DNA from: Leptogorgia sarmentosa
Lineage: Eukaryota
NCBI GenBank assembly: GCA_964658305.1
Contig: OZ210885.1
Span: 14,012,001-14,076,000 of the forward strand
Length of the DNA: 64,000 nucleotides
Reading direction: 5' to 3'
The notes under the pieces were generated by a model. The model had not been told where the DNA came from. It saw only the letters and a program-made list of their open reading frames with translations, and ran no database searches. The position numbers and the translations under genes were made by a program. Of the stretch, positions 47,037-58,262 are shown piece after piece. How positions within the stretch are numbered: position 1 is the first letter of the stretch; each line of letters begins with the position of its first letter.

Positions 47037-50000
47037 TTGGTCGTCCGGCCCTTCTACATCGGCCTCTTCTTCTCGCCCTAGAGACCTTCGGGAGAAGTTG
47101 AGGAAGAAGGCTCCTAAGCCCACAGGGCAGCCTGCTGAGACCACTGTGACGTCTCCGACTGTGGAGCATTTGAAGCGCAAATCCTTTGATTTTGCGCTTC
47201 CAATACCCTATGCCCGCCCATGTCCCCTTGGCAAGTCATCATCCAAGTCACCTAAGGGTGTTAGGGCCAACTCCGCCAGGGATGTTCCTTTTTCCTCTTC
47301 CTCCTCGAGTAGTGAGGATGAAGAGGGTATAGTGTGCAAGAGTGTATCCCTAACCCCAACCCGAGCCCTCCTAGTCCAACTGCCACTCCTGAGGCCATGG
47401 AGGCGGAGGCTGACGTGAACAAGTGTTTGAGTGGTGATACGGTAGTTCATCCGATCATCGCTCAAGAATCTGGGTCTGCTCCTGCCGCTCCTGAGCCAGC
47501 CGGTTCCCCGGAGCGTATGGACAATGCTCCCATGCCTCCTCTGGCTGAGGTGGACGATGATAATGCTGCCTCGCAGGATCCTCCTGCAGTGGATGTCTCG
47601 TCTCAACAGTCTGAGTCACCCCCTGATCTTTTCGAGGCACTGGCATCGATCCGTGAAGCCTCACTGTCTAGTCTAGTTTTATCTTATTGGACGGTGACGA
47701 ATGTCAAATGAAGAAAATAGCAGCTAAAGTAATACAGCCAACTAATAACCGACATCATCCTTTTCGGTATCACCCCAAGAACAGACCACCACGAAGAAAA
47801 CCACGACAATCAAAGTATCCTGGAGACCACTGGCACAGCTACCTAGACCTGGTCTCGAGAATAACCAGGGAATAAATGTCAAAAATCGTAATCGTGCACC
47901 CATTCCTAATCTCAACAACAATATTCCTGTAAGAATAACTCATCGACCAGAGCTGACTAAAGAAGTCTATCGTAGTCTAACTAATCATAGAGTACTAAGA
48001 AAGGTCCCTTATCGTAAATTTTACAGCATACCAGCGATCTTATCAGCAAATGTTAGGGGAATTGTAAAGAAAGTTGACGAGATTCAACAAGTTGCTGAAC
48101 TTAATAACATCAATGTAATATGTATAACCGAGACATGGTTGTCTCCAAATGTGCCAGATTCTTCTGTCGCTATCCCAGGATACAATCTATTTCGGAAAGA
48201 CCGACTGAATACAATAGGAGGAGGAGCGTGCATTTATTTGAATAATACAATTCCCTGTAAGAGGCTAGAGCAATGTAACGAAGAAGGAGTTGAATCTGTA
48301 TGGATTTCAATTAGACCCTATTGTTTACCAAGGAATATAACATCCATAACACTGTCAGTAATATACCATACGACTTCTAATCGCGAATCTGAGAATATTA
48401 TTCTCCGACAACATATTCGGCGTAACCTTGACAACCTATTAACTGATCAGCCTAATGCGCTTGTAATACTTACTGGCGACTTTAATCCAACGTCAACTGG
48501 ATTGAAATCGAAAGATCTGACTCAAACAAATCATCTCAAACAACTTGTCACCTTTAAGACAAGGGATTCTGGTATCCTGGATTGGTTCCTGACAAATCGG
48601 ACTGGATTATTTGAATTGTCTCAGTTACCTAAAATTGCATCTTCCGATCATTTCACAATACTGGCAAAACCACTTCTAGGACCTAAGAAGAACAATGTAA
48701 CCAAAAAAATTATTTCTCGTGATATGAGGGATAGTGCCTGGCGTGAGTTTGGTCGATGGATAACCCAGAAAGATTGGAGCCCAGTTCTTAATACTTCCTC
48801 CTGCGAAGACAAATTCCAACTATTCATCACAGAGCTAAAGCAAGGTGTCGATCGCTATCTCCCACAAAGGACAGTAAAAGTTCACCAAACAGATCGTCCA
48901 TGGATGACAAACAGTTGACAAGAAAAATTGACCCCCGTCAGTTTGCTCGTAAGGGTCACTCCACTACGGATGCACTACTATTTTTGCTTCAGCCCGTCTA
49001 CGAGGCCCTCGATAGCGGAAATGCCTGTGCTCGGTTCTTTTTTGCCGACTTTAGCAAAGGGTTCGACCGTATTGACCACCACATTCTCATGCAGGAGCTG
49101 ATGGAATTGGATATCCATCCTGTCTTATATAATTGGATTAATGCTTTTCTTTGTAAAAGAAAACAGGCTGTTAGAATAGGGGGGACTTTGTCAGACTGGA
49201 AATCCCCAAATGGTGGTATACCTCAGGGAACTAAACTTGGTGTTATTCTTTTCTCGGTTATGACAAATAAGCTAATAACTGACTGGCATTTAAGGACAAA
49301 GTTTGTCGATGACACAGCTGCGCTAGAGATTATTCCCAGGAACTCAATTAGTTATCTCAACCATACGGTAGATGAACTACATCAATTCTCTGTCAATCAT
49401 AACATGAGTCTCAACCCACTTAAATGCAAGGAAATGGTAATCAATTTTATGAATAATAACAACTCCATAATAAGGCCTTTTGTAATAGGCAGCAACGTAG
49501 TAGAAAGAGTAACCAATTATAAATTACTTGGAGTTCAATTGAGTGAGGATCTCAAGTGGAATAAACACGTTGATTATATCTACAAAAAAGCTTGCAAGAA
49601 GTTATATTCCCTCCGCGTACTTTGTAGAGCTGGCGTTGAGCAAAGAAATATACTAAAAGTGTACCTAACTACTATCAGACCCGTATTGGAATATGCAGTC
49701 CCAATATGGCAAGCGATCACTGACTATTTAAGTGAAAGAATAGAATCAATACAGACAAGGGCACTTCGAATCATCTTCCCCTCCATAGACAATTATAATG
49801 AGGCGATGATAATGGCACAGATACCAACATTGGAGAGCAGACGCGACCTGTTATGTAAAAAATACATGACTAAAATGAAGAAGGAGGATCATCCCCTGCA
49901 TTTCATGCTCCCAAAACATATGATAAGCGAATGCAGGTATAGCCTATGAAATGGGCAAGACAATACTATTTTATTTAAGGACACAATTAAATGTAGAACT

Positions 50001-51905
50001 TTAAGATCCGAACAATTTTTTACTTTTAAATACTTTTGAATATTCTTAAATATCCCTAATTATACTTAGTTTTATAATTTTATCTACTATGTAAATATAA
50101 CTCTAGTAATACTCTGAGCCTATAAATATTGTGATTATGTAAATACATATAGCCATAAATATAGTCAATGTTGTAAATATAGTAATTTAACATAGCCTTA
50201 GTAATACCATGCATGGACTCGTTAATTCAGTGTAATTACTGCAAGAGAGTTCCAATAAACATCAAATCAAATCAAATCAAATCAGAATCCGGCTCGCAAC
50301 ACTTTTTTCTCTTCAATTCCTGGACTCATAGCTCTTACCAGGCCCACATTTGTTTGTGGTGATTTTAATTCTGTGCTGGACGATGATCGGGATAGGCTTC
50401 GGCGTGCTTGTTACACTGGTGCTGCCTCTTCGCGCGCCCAGGAAAGTGGCCCGGCTTTGCAGGCCCTACTATCTCATACACAGACATATCCGGTGTGGCG
50501 TACATTACATCCCACGCAGAAGGCTTATTCCTGGACCCATGGGTCCGGAACCTTTGCATCGCGCATCGATATTGTCTGGGCCCCGACTTGTCTGGAACAG
50601 TCTATTAGGGAATGTGAATATCATCCCTCCTTTTTATCCGATCATCAGTACTTGCTGGTCAAGTTCGAATTTGGTGATCGCATTGTTAGTGGTCCTGGAG
50701 TGTGGAAGTTCAATACTTCCCTCCTGGACGACGAAACCTATTGCTCCCTTGTCACTTCATTTTGGTCCTTCTGGCAGGCCCATTATACACCTGAGGCCTG
50801 TCCCTCCATTTTGGATTGGTGGGACCAAGGGAAATTCTACCTTCATGAAGTGACACGCACTTTTAGTCGGTCAAAGGAGCTGGACCGGCGCGAACATAAA
50901 TCCTTCCTGACCAAGCAAATGCACAGACTGCAACGCCTTTTTGAAGCAGGGAATACCTCTGCATTCGCTAAGCTTTGCGAGGTACAGGAAGAGCTCCGAG
51001 GCATTGCTTTGCATGAAGCAAGAGGGGCACAAGTTCGTGCTCGCTGTCAGTGGGCTGAGGAGGGGGAAACTTCCTCCTCCTTCTTTCTCAATTTAGCCAC
51101 TAAGCATCATGCAAAGCAGGAGATGCACTCCATTCGAGACCCCAACACCGGTTCCGTGCGCCACGACCCTTTTGAGATATTGGACGCCTGGCGACGGTAT
51201 TACACCGGACTCTTTACTGTGGCACCCTGCGATACATCTGCTCAGGATGAGATGCTGTCAAAGCTGTCTCGCCGTCTTAGTAAGGAGGAACGTGCATGTT
51301 GTGAGGGTCTTCTCTCTTTAGAGGAGTGCTTTACTGCCCTGTCGGGTATGGCCAGGGGAAAGACTCTGGGTTCCGATGGCTTTACCATGGAGTTTTTCCT
51401 CAAGTTTTGGTCATGCCTTGGCGCTGATCTGGTTCGTGTCCTCAATGTTGCTTACGTGGCCAGCCAGCTTTCCACCTCTCAGCGTCGAGGTTTGATCATT
51501 GTATTATACAAAAAGAATGACCGCTTGGAGACAAAGAACTGGCGGCCGATTAGTCTGCTTAATGCAGACTATAAAATAGCTACTCACGCTATTTCGGGTC
51601 GTCTTCTAGCCGTCATCGGGTCTGTTGTAGGGCCAGATCAGATATGCAGTGTTCCAGGGCGTACTATCTCAGAGAACCTCTTTCTGATCCGTGATCTATT
51701 TGAGTATGCGGAGCATGAGGACATTCCCCTCGCTCTGCTCTCTATGGATCAAGAAAAAGCATTTGATCGGGTCGATTGGGGTTTTCTTTTACGGACTCTG
51801 GACACCATGAATTTTGGTTCGGATTTCTGCTGATGGGTAAAATTGTTTTACTCCGACATAGAATTGGTTGTTGTCATCAATGGCTGGACCTCCTCCTTTT
51901 TCCAG
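47037..51905 (+). mobile_element. Second U1-family fragment (ORF1 tail ~47037-47670; ORF2 ~50284-51905) split by a LINE
   Basis: Close matches to ~31617-32290 and ~43454-44550; extends into RT (NWRPISLL, DQEKAFDRV). Confidence 0.8.
47671..50283 (+). mobile_element. CR1/L2-group LINE (APE plus RT, internal deletion near 48915) with (ATCAA)n tail
   Basis: ANVRG, ITETWL, GDFN, SDH; DFSKGFD, GIPQGTKLG, FVDD; AATAAAC followed by ATCAAATCAAATCAAATCAAATCA. Confidence 0.88.
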
Positions 51906-52690
51906 TGAGTGTGTGTGGCCAGGACTTCTAGCATGAGGCAAAGACCAAAGGGTAACCTGCGGAACCCTTCCGAAGGCCGAATCGCCGAGACCACTCGCCA
52001 GGATGGAAACAAGTGAACTGCGCATGTGCAGTGTCACAACAACAGCTCGAAGGCCACGATCCCTGCGAATTGACATTCGCTATATTCATGAAAACAACGA
52101 GAACGATACGAGCTTCCTAACACGCGAAGCTACTAAAAGCTGTGCATGATGAAGGAATTAAAAAAGAAGACCTTCAGGGTCTCGAAATCCAAGGGAAACA
52201 CACCGCCTACGTGGTTTTTAAAACCTTCGGAACACGTAACAAGTTCCTCAACAAAAAGATTACCGCACAAGGACAACGACTTACCCTCGATCACCTGAAC
52301 CCGACCTTCAACCGTTAACACACCACACTGGTGCATGTTTACAATTACCCTATTGACAGTGAGACACACGACCTAACCACGGTATTGGGCCAATACGGCA
52401 AACCCGCCGGCCACGTCACAATTGTAAATGACAGCTACGGACTGGGCACAGGGGAATGAACAATAGTAATGGAAATCAAAAAGGACATCCCATCATACGT
52501 TTTTGTCAGCAAACACCAGGTACACATACGGTACTACCAACAACCGCAAACATGCCGAAAATGCTACAAAACGGGCCACATTGCATGAGACTGCATTGAA
52601 GATGCAACATGCAGAGAGTGCAGAGCCACTGACCATACACGGCGCGAATGCCCTCAGAAGATCTGCTTCCACTGTGGGGAAAAATATAAA
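51906..52690 (+). pseudogene. Degenerate ORF1 of another LINE with tandem zinc knuckles
   Basis: Manual reading: VHVYNYP..MEIKKDIPSY..QPQTCRKCYKTGHIA*DC..CRECRATDHTRRECP..CFHCGK. Confidence 0.7.
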
Positions 52691-52693
52691 AAA

Positions 52694-53335
52694 AGATTGA
52701 CGGTTTCGCCTTGCCTGGAGGTGAGGCAGTGAAAATCTTCCAGTATGCGGATGACACCAGTATACTCGTTCAATCTGATCGTGCTTCACAGGCCTTGTTT
52801 TCTTTGTTTGAGAGGTATGAACGGGCATCTGGTGCCAGACTGAATGTTGCAAAGAGTCATGGCCTTTTAGTTGGGTCTTGGAAGCAGCGGGTCAATTTGC
52901 CGATTGAGCTGAATTGGTCCAATGATTTTATTACTGTTTTGGGGTGCCGGATCAGTAATGATGAGGTTGACTGGACATCATTGCTCGGCCGGTTTCAAGG
53001 CCAATTGGCTTTGTGGAAACAGCGCCAGTTGTCGTTCCGGGGGCGTGCGTTAATCGCAAATGTACTGGGACTTTCCATTTTTTGGTATCAGGCCACCATT
53101 TTTGATGTACCCAAGTCCGTTGTTAATGCCATCAATAAGATCCTTTTTCCCTTTGTGTGGGGGAATAAATGTGAATGGATTGCTCGTTCTTCTGACACAC
53201 GGCCCACATCCCACGGTGGGTTGGGTGTGATCGACGTGGCACGTAAAATCTCCTCATTGAGGGCTGTCTGGTTCCGACGATACTTGTCGGCCTGTCCTCA
53301 TCCTTGGTCGGTATTTTTTACTCATCATGTGACCA
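52694..53335 (+). pseudogene. B-like Tx1 RT fragment
   Basis: KIFQYADDTS..LNVAKSHGL..LSFRGRALIAN, close to 18515-19150. Confidence 0.85.
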
Positions 53336-53609
53336 CGAATTATACTTGCATGGTAAGAAGCAGCCTGACACATTCATGTTATAATAGTCTTGGGTAGCTC
53401 GCTGGCCAACAAAGCAGCATCACTGTTCATGAGATTTACATTCCTGGATTTTTTTCTAAACTTGTATTGAATATGGTCGAGAATTGTTGGAACATGCAAA
53501 CATGGTGCAGTCCGAGAGATTGACAGACAAACTCATCCCCATGTATTCGTTTCACAAGAATTCCTCGCGGTTGCAGCGTATAAAAGGTAATCATATGTGC
53601 CATGAAGTC

Positions 53610-53691
53610 ATACTTAAGGTACCACCCCTAAGGTGGGTAACTCGAGCATATAATTTCTGGTAGTGGGGACCTGTGTTCGCGCTCGTCCCCT
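53610..53691 (+). pseudogene. U1: Internally deleted U1 pseudogene with diverged flanks
   Basis: ATACTTA followed by a jump to SL3, Sm site and SL4; upstream and downstream spacer sequence present. Confidence 0.88.
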
Positions 53692-53771
53692 TAATCCTTA
53701 TCCTCATCTTATTATTCCCATTTAAATACTCAAAACTGACTCAACATCCTAGTATGTTGAAGGGACAACAA

Positions 53772-54330
53772 CAAATCAAATCAAATCAAATCGCTTTATA
53801 TCTACAGTATCGCTTTAAATCTACAGTATTTACACATATATAATAAGAATAAGAGTGACAAGTGACAATAATACAAATCAGTTACAATTAACGTTATCTA
53901 TACAATGACAATTAACACTTAGACTTTACAGTTACTAAGACACTACATACTAGCTACTGATTTACAAGATTGTCGTGCGGGAGACCGTTCATACAGAAAA
54001 TAAATTGTCAATTTCTCTCTGAAATTGATTAAGAGAGCCTATTGCTCGAATATTTTGAGGTAACTCATTCCACAACAATGCTCCGCTTTAGCTAAAACAT
54101 TGTTTGCCATAGTTCGTACGCGGTTTTGGCACAAATAAACTGTTTTCTGAGTTTCTCAAATTGTATCCTGTGCTGCGGGATTCAAACAATTCGCGGAGAT
54201 AATATGAAGTTAAATCATTAATTGTTTTAAACATCAATATAGCTTTGTGCTTTTTTCTTCGTATTAGAAGATTATCCCATCCCAGTCTACCAAACAGTTC
54301 GCTGGAGCTAGTATCATGTCGAGATTTGGT
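53772..54330 (-). mobile_element. 3' end of a CR1/L2-group LINE with (ATTTG)n tail
   Basis: LGWDNLLIRR..YNLRNSENSLFVPKPRTNYGK on the minus strand; CAAAT repeats at 53772-53792. Confidence 0.78.
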
Positions 54331-56366
54331 GATGACCAACAGCTTCAATCCAGCCGAAACCCGCCCCATTCAAGGAATGTACCGCCACTCCAAGAAGCGT
54401 GCTGCACAGAAAATCCTTTCCACCAACTCCATATCCTATTCTGGCACTACGGACGATGCCCTAACCTTCTTCGGCAACGTCTTTGCCGCCCGACCCTGTG
54501 CAAGATCCTTGCTCTCGTGTTTAACCGTTGCATGACGGAATCCAACATACCCAAGGCCTGGAAGGACGCCTGTACAATCCTCATACACAAAAAACACGAC
54601 CCCTCCGACCCGGCAAATTTCCAACCCATCCCCCTCATGTCCTGCATTTATAAACTGTTCATGGGAACCCTGGGCAATCCACGACGGCATACTTTCACAA
54701 GAACAAAAAAGTGCCCGCCCATCCGATGGCTGCTACGAGCACACATGCCTTCTCAAATCCATCATCAGCGATACTCATGTGAATAAGAGGACAACGTACC
54801 TGGCCTGGCTCGACTTGCATAACGCCTTTTGGAAGGATCCCCCACCCGGCTATTCGAACCACCCTCCAACACATCGGTGTTCCAGAGCGAGCCCCTCGTA
54901 GCCCTTATAACGAACGTGTACAATGAGGCCAGCACCACCATGCGCACTTCCACCGACTCGACTGAACCCATTCCCATTCGCTCCGGAGTGAAACAAGGTT
55001 GCCCTCTCAGCGCCATACTTTTCAACCTATGCATCGAGCTCATTATCCGGTCCATCAAAATGAAAGCCACCACCCTCCCATGCAACCAGTCCTTGTCCTT
55101 CCACAACACACCAGTATCCTGCCTCGCCTACGCTGATGACCTGGTACTCCTGGGACGAAGTAAAGAAACCCTACAAACCTACCTCGACATTGCCTCCAAT
55201 ACTGCCTCCATCCTTGGACTCGAATTTCGCCCTGACAAGTGTGCCACCCTAGTCTTTGTCAATTGCAAAGGTGAACCTGTCCGTATCGACCCACATGTGT
55301 TCATTAAATAATCTTTATTATTAAATAATCTTTATACAGGATAAAAACATCAGTATTTACAAATATATACAAAATAGGTACACAACGTGTACATGTATCT
55401 GCGTGTAAACGTGAAACATATTCAATACTTGATATAAGCTTTCATGACTATCTCGCATTCAGGAATTCGCGCGATCATATGAAATTGCATAATGAATTTA
55501 AACTTGACGAAATATGATATCGCATTTTATGCTATTGCGTCTTTAAAATAGAGACAGCGCTTTGCGATTGTTTGTGAAGAATGTGGCTTTCTAAAAACCA
55601 AATTTACTCTTTTCAAAACCATATTATAATATATTTATATACACTATATTCTATCCATTGGTTCATGCAGCATTTGCCTAGACGCTCAAGTGCATGATCG
55701 GTATGCGCGTAGGTTCAAAACAGAATACTTGAAACTATATATTATGATTTGCTTTGTTTTGTCTCATTACAAGCTACAAAATCTATTTTCCTGGGATTGA
55801 ATGTTTCAACCATTCAGTATAGCGAAGCGGCAAAATATAGTAGATATTCCGTGATCACAATGACACCGTGTGCAGCCCAAACATGTACAAATGTGTCAGT
55901 GCCGACACGCTAAAGTATTGTAGGGAAAATATACGCGCAATTTTGTCAAGACATAAACCTCTTTCATAACCTTAAATATATTCCCTGTGTGTGTTCAAGG
56001 TAATACAATGTATAATTGCGTCCATAGTAAACCTCTTTAATATCTTTAAAAGCAATGCCAATGTATGATTTGCGTTGTGATAATTTTGCGTATCTGGGTA
56101 TAAATCTGCGGCACGCAGTGTCTCATTTCTATCCTACTTTTGATATCCAAATGACCCGTAAAACCTGCTGTAATTCTGTCATGTTTACACTTACCAGATC
56201 AAGATAGGTCTCCGTATAAAATGGCGACAAAAGTAGGATAGAAATGAGAAACAAGTACAATATTTTAAGCGATTTACCAACTTGCTCTTGCTTCGAAGTT
56301 CGAAGTATTTGCAAATGGCGGGACATCAGAATCGACATGCGAAAAGCTCTGCTCTGATTGGGTACA

Positions 56367-56558
56367 AGCTAACAGCACGAAGCTCTGATTGGCTAGAAGC
56401 TAACAGCACGAAGCTCTGGTTGGCTGCAAGCACGGTTACGGTTACAGTTACAGTTAGTTACAAGACGATAGCAATATATGATTGGCTAGAAGCTAACAGC
56501 ACGAAGCTCTGGTTGGCTGCAAGCACGGTTACGGTTACAGTTACAGTTACAGTTAGTT
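56367..56558. repeat. Local duplication (~92 bp) with (GTTACA)n tracts
   Basis: GATTGGCTAGAAGCTAACAGCACGAAGCTCTGGTTGGCTGCAAGCACGGTTACGGTTACAG occurs twice. Confidence 0.85.
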
Positions 56559-56559
56559 A

Positions 56560-56868
56560 GAGATGCTAATCGATCTGTCTGAGTTTTGGTATGAGTAAGC
56601 TTGACTGGACCAGCATAGGTTAAAATTGGGAGTATCATCATGGTGTAGATCTTTGTTGCTGCATGACTATTCAGATAGTTTCTAACATTCTGTAGTAGTC
56701 TCATACGACTGCTTGCTCGTTTATAGGCTCGTTCAAAATTACTGTTCAGAGTGAGTGTACTCTCCAGGACATTTCCAAGGTACACATATTCTTTAACAAA
56801 AGAAATAAGTGTGCCGTTGTAATAGATTTTAAGTTCTCTTCCATTTTGACTCAATCTCAAAAAACAAT
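56560..56868 (-). pseudogene. CR1/L2-group RT C-terminal fragment
   Basis: EYVYLGNVL..KRASSRMRLL..IYTMMILPILTY. Confidence 0.7.
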
Positions 56869-58245
56869 TGCTTGAATCGTACCACCGTGCCCTCGTCCAA
56901 ACCCTCCGTAACATCTGTGACATACCCAAACGATCGACACAGGCCTATTTCTTTGCCTCGAAGTGCTCCAGTGGCCTTGCACTGCAAGATCCAATGTCCG
57001 AGATTGACGCCCAATGCATCGTCCAAGCTGTTCGAATCCTGTCCTCGTCTGACCCCACTACCGCCTCCATCGCTCGGGCTGACCTCCATGCCGTCGTCCG
57101 ACGCACCACAAGCTCCAACCCCTCACCAAACCTCATATCGAAACGCCTTATTTGCAGCACCGAAAACCCACTCGGCAACCTCAATTACACAAACTCGTCC
57201 TTGTGGTCCAGATGTCGCAAAGCCTGTCGACGCCTCAACATCCGTTTCGTGTTCTCGGATACCGAAGAACCCGCAATCTCCACCACAGATTCTGATCGCA
57301 TCAAATCCAAGAATGTAACCAGCTTCCTCCACCGCTACATCCAACAAAAACATTCCCAAAAACTCCTCGACCTACCTGACCAAGGCAAAGTAGCTCAATG
57401 TCTCTCCAACGACCGTTATGCCAATGGCTCCACCTGGCACAGTACTGGATCGAACCTCCGATTCAAAGACTGGTGCTTCATTCATAAAGCCTGCCTGAAT
57501 TGTCTGCCAACCAATTCTGTGAAAGCTCGATGGTCCAACACCTCCCCCACCTGTCGCCACTCTACCGACGCTGAGACTCTACGGCACATCATCAACCACT
57601 GCCGTCCAGATCTCGTGCACATACGTACCCGACACAACAAATTAGTCACCCGCATCACAGATGCCATCCGCTTTGGCACCATTACCTCAGACCGCACCAA
57701 TGCCTCATCTGATCTCCTCCTATGCCCAGACATCATCTTAGAAGAAGACGATCACACCTTAATTATTGACGTTACATGTCCCTTCGACAATGGTCCCGAT
57801 GCCCTTGAGGAAGCTGCACAGGCAAAGATCACCAAATACCTCCCGCTCAAAGAACATTGTCAGTCCAATGGAAAACCCTGTGAAATTCTCCCTTCTGTTG
57901 TTGGTTCCCTTGGATCCTGGCACCCTTCTAACAAACTCCTCCTGTCCAAACTCGGAATGACCCAACGCTGCCGAACGCTATTTTGCAAACTATGTTGTAC
58001 GGATGCTATCCAAGGCTCGTGTGATGTCTATCGACTCCATATGGGATAGGATCACACAGCTGGGCTCTTAGGTCTTTTACACAGTGCACGTGACACGCAT
58101 GCCTTTTATTTTTTCCATTTAGACTCCACCTTTTATGTTTTCATTCCCCCTTATATACCTGCACACACGTAAGCCACTCGGGCACATGAACACTAGATAC
58201 TCAGACTTGAGTCTAATAAAAGGTAATCGTATGCGCCATGAAGTC

Positions 58246-58262
58246 ATACTTACCTGACGCGA
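58246..58262 (+). ncRNA. U1: U1 snRNA nt 1-17, interrupted by element G
   Basis: ATACTTACCTGACGCGA; same junction as 41184-41200. Confidence 0.92.

Larger units (their letters stand above)
54331..58220 (+). mobile_element. 5'-truncated NeSL/Utopia-like non-LTR element (RT, zinc finger, restriction-like endonuclease), interrupted at ~55305-56870
   Basis: GVKQGCPLSAILFN, LAYADDL; ETLRHIINHC..RHN; PDIILE..IIDVTCPFDN..KITKY..VGSLGSW; 3' UTR ends AATAAA. Confidence 0.87.
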
